From the NCBI GenBank assembly GCA_047495785.1, contig JBLDXI010000013.1:3224001-3288000 (forward strand): a DNA stretch of 64,000 nt, read 5' to 3'. The translations under genes and the position numbers were made by a program. The notes below the pieces were generated by a model. It worked only from the letters and a program-made list of their open reading frames with translations. It did no database searches and was not told where the DNA came from. The stretch comes from Lepidodermella squamata. Its lineage: Eukaryota; Animalia; Gastrotricha. The number at the start of each line of letters is the position of its first letter. Position 1 is the stretch's first letter. Positions 13,601 to 26,662 of this stretch are shown here, in pieces.

Positions 13601-14399
13601 TTTAGAAAACGTGCAATAAAGGGAAAACTATTTGATAGAACACAATTTTGTTTGCAGGAAAAAATGCCGAAATAAAAAGAAGGGAATGTAAACTAAAATT
13701 CATAGAGATCGGTCAAGTAAGGTCAAGTAAGTATGCTCTCTGAACTTTATATCATTGAAGTTTAGGCCCGGTATGCGCCACCTGACACTCGGAAAAGTAG
13801 ACCGATAGTGACACTCATTATAGCCATCAGAAAGGTTTAAACATTTAGCGCAATGATAACCATCGTTGTTTAGGAAAGCCTGTCATAATTGGCATGATCG
13901 GCTGATCTCTCCTGCATTATCGTCTATCGTCAAGTTCTCACATTGCTCACGCATGTTATTTTGTTCGAAACATGTCAACCATCAAAGAAAGAATTGCCCT
14001 GTTCTGTTGACTTGTTGAAGGTTTCCGTCTCGATTGGTTGATAATCCAAAGATTCGGTGGCTTAAAACTCTCAAAGACCAATCGAAGAAAAGGCTAAAAA
14101 TCTGCTAGCATTTTTATATGAGTATAATTCAGACCCCAATGATACAGCAATGATACAGCTGGCCAAAACCAACACGCGGCCCAAGGCGATAAAACAAGTC
14201 ACTGGAAAGCTGTATGGGAATGGCGCTTGGAAACTTAAGGGACTCCGGCTTCCCAAAGCGTTCACTCTAGCGGCTGTGTTTCCCTAGAGGCAGTTTGGAG
14301 GGAACCCTTATGCCGGATGTATCATGGGGGTCGGAATATTCTTCATTTAAAACAGTTCTTTTTTCTTTTTAACTCTCGGTTGCATCGACGGCTTAACCC

Positions 14400-14930
14400 T
14401 TCGCGCCAATTTTCGTGGAAATTTCAAATTTCGCCAGGCGCGCAGTAACAATTTCTGCCGGCTGATGTTTAGCCGCCGTTTTGATTGAATTTTAGGATGA
14501 AATTGAGTTGAAAAGATGATCGAAAAGAGCCACCTGCTCCCACTTTGCGTGGTGCGATCAATGAATCGGGCGATCCATGAAAGTTCTGCAAAAATAACGT
14601 TTTTCATGAATCATTTTTATGTATGAGTTGGAAATTCGGGTTGAATACGCCCTTCATACAAATATTAAAACTCAACAAGTAAAGGGATTGCACGATTCAA
14701 GCCGCAAGGCACGAGTGGCGGATACCATCTTGCAGGCTCTCAAGTTTGTTTAGTATTTTCCAACTACACACATGGGCACATGGGAATGGAAATGAATAAC
14801 TCCCGCGGGTTCCCGACACACTGCTTGACAAATCCGGACCGTAATGTAAATCAAACACCAAATGAAAATGAAAATCTTCATTTACTAGCCATATATGTTA
14901 CGTACTATAAAATCAAAACTCGCTGTGCGT
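14400..14930 (+). repeat. Duplicated non-coding block upstream of LGIC5 (paralogous to ~19400-19790 and partly to 9765-9810)
   Basis: Shared strings include ccacctgctcccacttt, gcaaggcacgagtggcggata, gaccgtaatgtaaatcaaacaccaaatg and tatgttacgtactataaa. Confidence 0.75.
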
Positions 14931-15469
14931 CTAGTTATTATGAAGCTCCGCTCTTCTTCACTATCAAGTTTAAATCCATTTTGATAAAAACATGAACAAG
15001 TCCGAACATTTCGAAGTTTTTATTTTTTATAGACTTCAAGTGTTGAATGGATGGGATACCACGTGTCCCAAATGAGCGCTCTTTAGAGTCGCTTGCACGT
15101 TCTTTTCAATCGGGGATCGGGGATTTGAGTAGAGATTATATTGCAGTCTCGATGAACCCTTCATCAACCGCTTTTCTCTTTTGTCAAACACGAAGAACCC
15201 ACCGGGCGGGGCCTTAAAATTGGACATACCTGGGTAAATGGTCATGAAATTATCGTCTGTTTATGATAGTCCTCAGGAAAGTTTTCAAAGATCGGAATTT
15301 AAGCATTGAGCTATCAATCGAATTTTCGTTAAGCCGCTTCATTTATTGTTTATTTCCATACTTATGGTAAACAGAGCATAGCCTGAATTCATTTCGATAT
15401 ACAAAATGCAACAGGTATTGATTCACCGTACTAATTAATTGCTCGATTAGTTGAGTTTTAGTCCTAAGA

Positions 15470-17358
15470 ATGAGGTTTCTTGTGTTACTTGCATTGCTAC
15501 TATCACATAGTACCTTGGCCGAAGTCTGCGATACAAGTGTCACAGTTTCGGAGTGTGACGTCATAAGAAAGGTATTGGAGAACTACTCGCCCCAGGGCCG
15601 TCCGAGGCGAAAAGCCTTCGAAACCGTCGAGGTTGGAGTGCAACTAAATCTGTTAGGCATCAAGGAATTCATCGAGCGGCAAAATTATTTAATTCTCGAA
15701 TTATTTTTCCAATTGGTACGCAAATTTGTCGACATTTTCTTGTATAATTTTGTCCTATTTTGACAAGGACTGGTACGATGAATTCATTGTTTGGAATGAC
15801 ACCTACCCGCATCATTGCATAGATGGAATTTTAGTTTCTAATGAAGTCGTATGGAGGCCAGATTTCTATGTAGCTACAGGGTGAGTCACCATTAACTTTG
15901 CAAATCGTTTGTGCAGTCTTGTCCGGCATCTTAGAGACTATACATCTTTGGAAAAGGATAAAAGGATAGGGTTCAGCAAGAATGGAGTGGCTCAGTACAG
16001 CCCTCATGGCGATTTATCAATTAAGTGTCCCCTCGATCTGGTTTATTTCCCATTTGACTCCCAAATCTGCACGATTTCATTCATGAGCTGGAACTCACCG
16101 CAATCAAAACTAGCGCTCCGCCCCAACCAAGAACCGCTCGTGAAACATTCGTACCTCTGGTCAGAGAACGGCGAGTGGGAACTTATCGGCAACAGCACAG
16201 CTTTGATTGTTACTGATTATGGCTCTGGTGGAATCTACGACTCGATAGAGTTCAGATTGCTTCTGAAGCGTCGACCATTGTTCTATGTTGTGAATATCAT
16301 TACTCCAAGTATTCTTCTTGCATTTGTTGAAGTTGTTGTATTCCTCTTACCAGTGAGTTTCATCCTCTCATAAGATTCCACTTATTTGCCATCAATTTTC
16401 AGATCACGGAAGTGCCAAAAGTGGAAATTTCTTTTACTTGTCTTTTGGCTTACGCTGTATTCCTGAACATGATTTCATCAGACCTACCAAAGTAAGCTTG
16501 CAGCTGATACTCTTGAACTTGACGGGGGATCGGAATGTTCCATTATTTGGGTCAACTTTGGTATTTGGTATGGGTAGTGCATTTACGATTTTCGATGAAT
16601 AAGGGACTTCGGAATCAATGATCAATGCTAAAGAAGCATTTTGACTGAAAATCTGAAGTCAGCCGTTAGAATGTAAGATTCCGCTGAGAACATCTGAAAT
16701 TTGACAGCTCGAAAAATCGAGTGAAAATTGTGTAAATGTGATTGCCTCGTTTGTTGCCAGCTGCCAGCGCGTTAGCAGTCATTCCATTGGGAAAATCAAT
16801 CCTAATGAATACTTTTCCCCTCACTGGTGGTCACCCTGTTTGGGTATCTAACAGCAAATTTGTATGAAACTTTCAGATCCAATGCGGGAATCCCGTTACT
16901 CTCACTCTACACAATTCTTATGGTGAGTGATTTTCGAATCTTTTAGATCTTTACTATTAATTATTCCAATATTTCGTCTATTTTTGCCGCGTCAACAGAT
17001 GATTTATATTGGTCTGATTGCGTTGATCAGTCAAGCCGTTGTAGTAGCCATGGCTAATGGCGCAACAAAACGTCGGAAACCCCCGCCCAAAGTTCTTCTA
17101 TTCCTCGCTGGACCCATCGGAAAAATGTTGTGCCTGCCTGGCGAAATTAAACTTCATTCACAGTCGCCTAGCTGTAACCCAAACGAAGGCAGAATTTCTG
17201 ATGATACTGCAAAAGACTTGAGAAGGAGAGTTATACGAGAGCAGTGGAACTTCATTGCTCGAGCACTAGAACGCTTTAGTGGCCTGATCTATGTTGCAGC
17301 GATCACAATAACGCCAGCAGTTATGTTTTTGAGCCTGCCGAAGTCTAAATCCCTTTAG
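15470..17358 (+). CDS. Cys-loop channel subunit LGIC5 (6 exons)
   Basis: CPLDLVYFPFDSQIC, SWNS, ENGEWE, M2 VPKVEISFTCLLAYAVF, M4 EQWNFIARALER. Confidence 0.93.
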
Positions 17359-17584
17359 GAGAAATCGATGCAATAATTGAGCAAACAGTAAAATGGAAAA
17401 ACTGGTCGTTATTAGAATTTTGATTTGGATGCCGCCTGGAAGAAAAATAACAGTACTTAACAAAAAAAAATAAAACTTTTAGCTTCATATTATTTGACAA
17501 ATCAAAAAATTGTGAATATATTTTTTATTGCTGGTTTGTGGATTGTGAGGTGCGGGATCAGCTTTCATCATTCAGCCAGCTCTA

Positions 17585-19310
17585 CAGGGTGGCCAAAAAA
17601 TTCGCTCCGCAGCTACCATTACAAAACGCTGAATCGCAACGAATATTTTCAGCGCAATGGCTTTTTGTAATTGATCACGTGGTTTTCAGTAACGCCGTTC
17701 GATCGAGTTGATAATTCAAAGGGCTTTAAAATCATTTTTCGCATCATTTCATTAGAATTTATTGCAAAAAATCAGATGTTAATGAAGTTGTAATGTGACA
17801 CAATGGCAATGAGATAGAATTTGGATATCGCACGACAAACAAAATCATTAAATTGAATTATTTTAAAATCATCGCACAAACAATCAATTTTGTTAATCAA
17901 AATCGATACAAAAGCAGAATTCTAAACGTAAAACCGGTTGACAGAATGATAAAATACACCGAACCCCAACGAGCTTACATATCTATGCTTATGGTTGCGA
18001 ACAGCGGTAACGCAACTGACGCGGCCGCGAGGTTTCATCACCGCCATCCTGAACTGCCAATGCCCCATCCTACCACTGTTGCTCGAAATCTCGACAAATT
18101 GATTGCTACAGGTTCATCTACAAGTAATTTCTAATTGTTGGATGTCTTTTCAAAATTAAATAGGTAACTGCAAAGACCTGGAAAGGTCTGGTCGACCTCG
18201 CACAGCGTGCACTCTGGAAAATCTGATACGCGTTTCTGACCATTTCAGGTTCATCCCGAAGCTTCGACCCGTGCTGCCGCGGCGACTTAGAATATACGGC
18301 GCTCTTCTTTAATGTCAATTTTACATCAACTTGACTATAAGATGCCTATAAGATGCACGTGGCACATAAATTGTACCCAGTGGATGCTCAACTGCGGCTC
18401 GATTTTTGTGAGTGGTTTTTGCAACAGCTTGCTATAGACCAAGAGTTTCCTGCAAGGATTATAACGTCCGACGAGTGCGTATTTTACCTCAACGTCAATG
18501 CGGATCGGCAAAACGCCAGGCACTGGGCAACTGAGAACCCCTACCTCGTTGCCCCCATCAAAGAACAAGGTCAGCCACACGTTATGGTGTAATGTGCAAT
18601 CGCCGACGATCGCATCATCGGGCCCTACTGTTTTTGAAGAGAACGTCACGCGTGAAAGTTACTTTTTATGCTGGGCAACTTTTTCTGGCCTGAAGCCGCT
18701 GGCTACGATAATGCCGTCTTTCAGCAAGACGGCGCCCCTCCACATAACTATTTTGTGACATCTGCTTGGCTATATTGGCGCTTTCCAGATAGGTGGATAG
18801 GCCTTTTCGGCCCGATTCGCTGGCCTCCGCGTTCAGCAGACAAGGCAATTCCGACTGGTTCCTATGGGGGTACCTCAAAGCAGAAGTATATGTATAAAGA
18901 TCCCAAGCCCGCAACCTTGGCACAGCTTCGAAACCGAATAGTTCAAGCATGCCAACAAATTACCCCTGAAATGCTTGTGCGTGTTCGTGGAGCTTGGATT
19001 TCACGAGTCTTAGCTTGCTATCGTGCCGGTGGCGGGCAATTTGAACAATTTCCTTGAATGATTGAAGTTTTCTCATGGGGCTGAGTATCTGCAAAACCGG
19101 TGTTTATAATAATCATTTATTTCATCTTTGATTGCGAGGCTATCATTGAAGGAAGCTTTACTTTAAATGGACTGTTCATCAAGGCTTAACATATTAAATT
19201 AAATAACAATTAATTTTTTCATGTTTCTTCTAAAATCGCTCGAGCTTTAGTTGCGATAGCTGCTCGCGATCGACCTGGCAATCTTTGCAAAAAGCGTGGT
19301 CAATTCTAAG
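17585..19310 (+). mobile_element. Decayed Tc1/mariner-superfamily transposon (DD41D/rosa-like) with a frameshifted transposase pseudogene (~17946-19057)
   Basis: Begins TA|CAGGGTGGCC where LGIC5 3'-flank homology to LGIC6/7 breaks. Transposase fragments ITSDECVFYLN, RQNARHWATENP, FQQDGAPPH, WIG..GPIRWPPRSAD, (D)WFLWGYLK and LRNRI...GGQFEQF, interrupted by stops and frameshifts. The right end is approximate (only a degenerate inverted match near 19250-19305). Confidence 0.85.
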
Positions 19311-20175
19311 GTACGACCTAATCGCAGCCTTAGTCGCACGTCGGCGAGTGTTCCGTTGGTCCGTAGGTCCCTTCCAAGTCTCAGAAACTTATAATTTATA
19401 ATTTCCAAACTTTTTGAGAAATTTCGCCCGGAGTTGCGATGATTTCTGCCTGCCGATTTTCGCCATTTTTCATCTCCGCAAACGATTTTTAATGGATGAA
19501 AATTGAGTTGAAAAGAACCACCTGCTCCCACTTTAAGCAGCAAGGCACGAGTGGCGGATATGACCATCTTCTGAACAATTAGCGTGCGGATTTTTCCAAA
19601 CTTACTAGGCTGTATTAGGCTTTTTCCAACTACACACATTGGAATGGAAATGAACTCGGACATTCCGGGTATTTCGACACACTGCTCGACAAATCCAGAC
19701 CGTAATGTAAATCAAACACCAAATGCAAATGTAAAGTTTTATTTACTAGCCATAAGTATATATGTTACGTACTATAAAAGCAAAACTCCCTGTTTTCGAG
19801 ATGAAAAATGAAAATAACTGCCGTCTGTTTTAGCATAAAGCACAGGGAAAGAACTTTTCGCTCTTCATTACTATTAAGTTTACAAGCCGGTAGTTTCAAA
19901 CTCAATTTGATGTACGAAATCATCTCCAATAAACTAGCAAGTGATCTTCTGAAGTTGAGACGACGCGCGCTTTTGTGTCACATGAGTGAATTTTAGAGAT
20001 TTTTGTCGGTTTTTAAACTAGAAATTTAGATCTTTCTAGTCTAGTGTTCGCGTAATTGAATTTTTGATGGGTGAATTTGTCCGCAATTACATGACCCTGT
20101 GCATCGCCTGGAGTCGTGATTCTCTACTGCTTTCACCCTGAAGCAAACAACTTTATCTGATCACTTCGCGATTTG

Positions 20176-20441
20176 AGGAAATGAAAACCCGAGTCGGGTA
20201 CAGATTAACCAAAAAAGAAAGCGACACCAAGTTGCTTCTGATTACAACTTTATTTATAACGTGCGACGTTTCGGTCCTTGCGTGGACCATCACCAGGGAC
20301 CATCGTCTTTTACTGTAAAAATTTCTTGTTGTGTTTTCTTTTGTTGTAGCCTGATGATGGTCCACGCAAGGACCGAAACGTCGCACGTTATAAATAAAGT
20401 TTTAATCAGAAGCAACTTGGTGTCGCTTTCTTTTTTGGTTA
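20176..20441. mobile_element. Inverted-repeat retro-insertion (Penelope-like pLTR remnant) with 13-bp TSD
   Basis: ~93-bp inverted arms at 20205-20297 and 20350-20442, flanked by the direct repeat acttcgcgatttg (20163-20175, 20442-20454). The paralogous empty site is near 24012-24048. Confidence 0.75.
20345..20387 (+). ncRNA. Minimal type I hammerhead ribozyme motif
   Basis: CUGAUGA (20351-20357), U-GGUCC-acgcaa-GGACC helix II, GAAAC, then a GUC triplet (20380-20382). Palindromic ACGU replaces helix III. The inverted copy on the minus strand has CUGGUGA. Confidence 0.7.
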
Positions 20442-20910
20442 ACTTCGCGATTTGTTACTTATAATTCAATTTACACAAATCATTTATCGTAGCCACACCT
20501 GGATGAATATTCAAATTGATGTCTGTTGATGATCGTCCTCAGGAATTCCTTTAAAGATCGATTTTCAAGTCTTTTTGAGCTAACGGTAAATACAATCGAT
20601 TTTTTGCCAATTAAGGGTCATTAATTATCTATTCCCCTATTTACGGTACATTGAGCATAGCCACGTCTCCCGTCTCCACCCGATCCCATCGCCTTTGAAC
20701 CCGTTTCTTAAGATTTTTATCTAGCTGTTGGTGGTGGCATTTGGGATTTAGTTAGAACTTGTTGTCACACATTCTCTTAGATACACTGTAATCTTTCGAG
20801 TGTAGGTACTACAAGCTGAAATTGCAACAACGAACAAAACTGAGGTATAAAAGAGGCGAAACTGTAAACATTACTCAATACCAATTTATAAATCACTGGT
20901 AGCTAGCGTC

Positions 20911-20947
20911 CATAGAGCTAGTTTTAAGACTTAAAGGTAGCTCTATG
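20911..20947. mobile_element. 37-bp micro-MITE, hAT-like (8-bp TSD)
   Basis: ctagcgtc|catagagcta...tagctctatg|ctagcgtc: perfect 10-bp TIR and perfect 8-bp TSD. Confidence 0.7.
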
Positions 20948-21223
20948 CTAGCGTCTGATCAGCTGTATTTGCATATGCGGGGGTTAGATAACCTCTTGGC
21001 TATATGCAGCTGACGCAGACTGTGGCTGGTGCCGAACTGTTGCCCTGTTGTATCCTTGGGTTATATCAACATTTTATTTAATCATTTACAGCTATATTCA
21101 TCTAAATTTCTTTAAACTGAATACTTTGAAACTTATGCTCATGGAAAACCAATATGAATTTTGCGCAATGTTAAATTAGTGTTGCGGTATTAATTGATCG
21201 TTTATTTCAGTTCTAGTCCTAAA

Positions 21224-23103
21224 ATGAGGTTTCTTGTGTTCCTCGCGTTGCTAACACTCAAAGAAACCGTAGCCGAAGTCTGCGATACAAATGTCACAGT
21301 CTCGGAGAGTGACGTCATAACAAAGGTATTTGAGAATTACTCGCCTCATGGACGTCCGAGGCGAAAAGCCTACGAAGCCGTCGAGGTTGGAGTGCAACTC
21401 AATCTGTTAGGCATCAAGGAATTCATCGAGCGGCAAAATTATCTAGTTCTTGAATTATTTTTCCAAATGGTTCGTTAATTTGTCAACATTGTTTGTTTCA
21501 TTTGCCCTATTTTCTCAAGGACTGGTACGATGAATTCATCGTTTGGAATGACACCTACCCGCATCGTTGCATAGATGGAATTTTAGTTTCTAATGAACTA
21601 GTTTGGAGGCCAGATTTCTATGTAGCAACAGGGTAAGTCACCATCAACATGGTAAATTGTTTGCGAGATGTTTTGTGGAATCCTAACAGAGACTATACAT
21701 CTTTGGAAAAAGATAAAAGTATAGGTTTCAGCAAGAATGGAAAGGCTCAGTACAGCCCTCATGGCGATTTATCAATAAAGTGCCCCTTAGATCTGGTTTA
21801 TTTTCCATTCGACTCCCAAATCTGCACGATTTCTTTCATGAGCTGGAACTTTCCGAAATCAAAACTAGCGCTACGCCCCAACCAACAACCGCTCGTGAAA
21901 CAATCTTACCTTTGGTCGGAGAACGGCGAGTGGGAACTTGTCGGTAACAAGACTGATTTTATTTCTACTGATTACGGCCCAAGTGGAATTTTCGAGTCGC
22001 TAGAGTTCAAACTACTTCTGAAGCGTCGACCGTTGTTCTACGTTGTGAACATCATTACTCCAAGTATTCTCCTTGCAGTTGTCGAAATAGTTGTATTTCT
22101 CTTACCAGTAAGTTCCGAGTTCCTTACTCACAAGGTTATACGTTTTTGACATATATAATATTTTCAGATCATGGAAGTGCCTAAAGTTGAAATATCCTTT
22201 ACTTGTCTTTTGGCTTACGCAGTTTTCCTCAACATGATTTCATCGGAACTACCCAAGTAAGTTTTCGATTGATACTCTTGAACGTGATTGACGGTGGAAC
22301 GGAATATTTCAATGTTTGGGTAAAGTTTGGTTTGGGAAGGGCATTTACAATGAACCACAAGGGAATTCGGAATCAATATTTAAAGGTACTTTCTGACTGA
22401 AAATCTTGATTACGCTGTTCGATTTCTGAGAACATCTAAAATTGGACCGCTCGAAATTAATCGAGTGCGAATTGGGTAAAAGTGCGACTACATCGTTTTT
22501 GCCAGCGCGTTAGCAGGAAGACGATTGGGAAAACCAATCCTATATTATTACTTTCCCACTGATGGCTACCCTGTTACCGCTACCCTGGCTACCGGTAGGT
22601 AACAGTTAATTTTCGTGGACTTTCAGATCCAATGCGGGAATCCCTTTACTCTCACTCTACACAATTCTTATGGTGAGTGATTTTCGAATCTTTCAGAGCT
22701 TTTATTGAATATTACATTGTTACGTCTATTTTCGCGTCAACAGATGATATATATTGGTCTGATTGCGTTGATCAGTCAAGCCGTTGTAGTAGCCACAGCT
22801 CATGGCGCAACAAAACGTCGGAAACCCCCGCCCAAAGTTCTTCTATTCCTCGCTGGACCCATCGGAAAAATGTTGTGCCTGCCTGGCGAAATTAAACTTC
22901 ATTCACAGTCGCCTAGCTGTAACCCAAACGAAGGCAGAATTTCTGATGATACTGCAAAAGACTTGAGAAGGAGAGTTATACGAGAGCAGTGGAACTTCAT
23001 TGCTCGAGCACTAGAACGCTTTAGTGGCCTGGTCTATGTTGCAGCGATCACAATAACGCCAGCAGTTATGTTTTTGAGCCTGCCGCAGTCTAAATCCCTT
23101 TAG
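21224..23103 (+). CDS. Cys-loop channel subunit LGIC6 (6 exons)
   Basis: CPLDLVYFPFDSQIC, SWNF, M2 VPKVEISFTCLLAYAVF; last exon nearly identical to that of LGIC5. Confidence 0.93.
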
Positions 23104-24853
23104 GAGAAATCGATTGAATAAATAAGCACCTGGTAAAATGGGAAAATTGGTCGTTATTTGAATTTTGATTTGGATGCCACCTGAAAGAAAAATGACAGTA
23201 ATTAACAATAAAAATAATAATAAAGTTTGTAGCTTCATTTTATTTGACAAATCAAAAAATTGTGAATATATTTTTTATTGCTGGTTTGTGGATTGTGCGG
23301 TGCGGGATCAGCTTTCATCATTCAGCCAGCTGTATCCTGTACTAACTGCCTTATAGTTATTATAAAGCCCACGTAAAAACTCTCCGCTCTTCTTCATTGT
23401 TAAGTTTACAAGCTGGTAGTTACGAACTCATTCAGGTTTTGATCGAAAGAGAAGTCAGTCGTGGAAACATTTTAATGGGTGATCCTAACGGGTCAATTTT
23501 TTTACCACATGTTGCTCGTTTAGATATGACTAACGCCAGGTAGAATTTGGCTCTCATCGGGTCGCTCATTGTTGCGCAAAAAATATTGCATATTTACACC
23601 TTTCCTTCGATCACAAGCCTGAACGAGTGGTATTCTCGAACCACTTTTATTGATGTGAATAGCAAACTGGGTATAAACCTGATTTTATGTAGACCAAACG
23701 AAATTGGCATTTGGTTTTATAGCTGTGTCCCCGATTATGGCGATTGTTACTATTTTAAACACAGAAGTTGGGGCAAATGGCTAAAATAGCTCTTAATAAT
23801 CCGCCGATGGAACGCTTTATTTCTTTAAAAGAACATTTCAAATTTCAAAACGAACCGTTTCAAACCCCCTGTTGAAACCACCTGCTCAGCCAAAATGTAC
23901 CCATGAGCTGTACGAGCTGCATGCAAGGGCAAATTTGACGCTCATCGCATGAAGTCATGATGCTTCTTTCCTGTTATATCACCACGCGAAGGAAACAATT
24001 TCATTTGATCCCAACTTTGCGATTGGTTGCATATAATTCAATTTACACGAGCCAGTTTTCATCCGCCAAACACACCTGCCGGGGCCTCATTTTTGGAGAT
24101 ACCTGGTTGAATATTCAAATTAACGTCTGATGATGATCATCCCCGGGGATTGTTTAAAGATCGGTTTTCCTTGCGTCCTTTCGGTGCAAATTCGTTGCGC
24201 TACAATCGAAAAGATTGGCTGTTATGGTGCCTTTTATTTTAGTGTCATTTGTTTCGGAGTAGTCCCCTTTGAGCTATCGATTTTCGGCCAACTAAAGTTC
24301 ATTTATTATTTAATTCCTGATTTACGGTATATTGAACATAGCCTGAATTTCATTTCGGTGTTTAAATCTTGGAGGAATAGAGATAATGGAGTGAGCACTG
24401 CTCTTTATCAGCGCGCACCATCGTTGGACATAGGCTGAGTGGCGCATCAGGCGCCCGCGTTGTTTTGGCTCACGTGACTTTGAACGCGCGCACATTTTTT
24501 AAAATTGATGCTCGATTTCCGAGCAAATTTACATCGCATCGATGCCGTTTTTTCAAACTGTAGAGCTATTGCTGCGTTATGCAGCTGAAATTCATGCAAA
24601 TTGTAACATGAATTCAAATTGAGCACATTTCAGCTAGCATACATGTATTTTAGCACTTTTTAACTGGTTGAATCAGTTCCAGTTCTTTTCAGCATTATTC
24701 CTGCCAGTCCGGGACTGGGTTATGACGTGCGAATCTTTTGAACAATGGTCATAAAACAATATTAATACCCCTGATCACCTTTCAATTTATTACAAACAAT
24801 ACATCCCTAATCGGCCTTCGGCTGAATGTAGCGATTATCGATAGGCAGTGCTA

Positions 24854-25712
24854 CACCTTTTTTCCTTTGCAATTTCATTATTTTTATTAAAGAAACATGC
24901 GTTTATTTTTTCATGATTATCAGCGTATTCATTTTATTCATTTTCTTACTTTTTTCTACCTAAAGATTTACTCGATCTTCGAAGGTTCGCTGTATGCGAA
25001 TACGAAACCCGAATGGGATGAATTATATATCAAATTGAAGCTAGAGATCTGATCTATCTAGCTGTGATATTAAAATACTGGATGCCATTTTGTTCTTGAA
25101 GGTATTCAACGTTTTAGCTGACTGGTTTTTCGGAAAGTTTCTTCTGATTTTACCTACAATTATGTTTATTTTTCAACAAATAACTACTAAGGAACTATTC
25201 TATTACTTAGTCTTCGCTAATTTCATCATTTCATGATGAAACCAAAGCAATATTTGTGAAAACTACCTCAGCACCCGCGTAAGCTATTGCCCAAAATGCT
25301 ACTAAAGCCAAATTTTTTGAGGTTCTATCGCTTCTACTCGAGATATCACCTTCGCCTGATTGTTCTAATCATTTTTGGGGAGGAGGGAGGGGCCTTATAC
25401 CTATAAAATATAAAAACTATCCAAGGAAAACATCTTTGCAGTTCATTCTACTTACTGCTTAGTTTCTGCGAAACAAATAATGATTTTGCCGATCTGATCG
25501 CATATTTGAAAAGATTATATATCTAGCTTCAATTTGATATATAATTCATCCCATTCGGGTTTCGTATTCGCATACAGCGAACCTTCGAAGATCGAGTAAA
25601 TCTTTAGGTAGAAAAAGTAAGAAAATGAATAAAATGAATACGCTGATGATCATGAAAAAATAAACGCGTGTTTCTTTAATAAAAATAATGAAATTGCAAA
25701 GGAAAAAAGGTG
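24854..25712. mobile_element. Foldback/MITE with ~190-bp TIRs and TA TSD
   Basis: 24854-25045 is a near-perfect reverse complement of 25521-25712; ends TA|cacctttt...aaaaggtg|TA. Confidence 0.85.
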
Positions 25713-25800
25713 TATCTAAAAGCAACAAGCAAGCCAACCTGGCTTAAACGCCTACTTTTTTCGAGACGAGCAAATTTTCCGAAAATCTTCACCACATTTA

Positions 25801-26597
25801 CTGTAGCGCGGTCCTTTTTCGGACGGGGTAATTTCGGACACTTTTGACTTTGAGCGCACGTTTCTCCTCAACCCTGGTGGATAAAAATACCGTTCGAAAT
25901 GTAGAAAATAGTCCAGAGTCCCGCCTTTCAAATGACATCTGAAATATGAGAAACGGATTTTTATACGAATAATGGTTGCACTTCTTCGCAGGTGTGCGCC
26001 GAGGTAAAAAATTGCAAACTTTTTATTCCGCAGTATTTTTCGCCGGAAAGAAGCGCAAAAGAAAGAGCGCATCGACTTTAGTTAGATGGCCATGTTTAGA
26101 ACAAATTTAAATTGCTCATTTGTCCTGAAATTCAGCCAGAAAAAACGAAATCCCCCGGCTTATTTCGGACAGCCACAAACTACTGAAAATTCAATTGACC
26201 TTGACGTTTTTTAAACTTTAATATTTTAGTGAGAATAGCACTGAGCTGCGTTGAGAGCTCAATTCACTATCGGGGGTTCAAATCCCTCAACATGCATTTA
26301 ATTTTTTCTTTTAAAATCTGCTCACAAATATAAAATCTCGCTTTAATGTGAACTTAGACCCTAATCTAAATATTCACACTGAGCTGTCCGAAATTACCCC
26401 AGTTGTGTCCGAAATTAGCCGAGTCAGTTACCTGTGAATACCTGTGTCAGTTTAGGTACATTTTTATCGCGATTAACACTGGGATATGCAGTTTTTCAAG
26501 GCGCATCTTTTGGCGTAAATCGCGTAAAAAAATTCGCTCACCTTAAAAAACAAAGCCCGAAAAACAGGTTTTTGTCCGAAATAAGACCACGCTACAG
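25801..26597. mobile_element. Non-autonomous Tc1/mariner-pogo-type element, TA TSD
   Basis: TA|ctgtagcgcggtcctttttcggac ... gtccgaaataagaccacgctacag|TA; internal repeats of tttcggaca/tgtccgaaa. Confidence 0.8.
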
Positions 26598-26662
26598 TAC
26601 ACGGATCTTAAGTTTATTACGGTATTAATATTGCTCGATTATTTCAGGTTTATTTCCTAAAA

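Noticed and set aside
20153-20464. Two ORFs on opposite strands starting MRRFGPCVDHHQ
   Set aside because: Artefact of the inverted repeat; the signal is the RNA motif, not protein.
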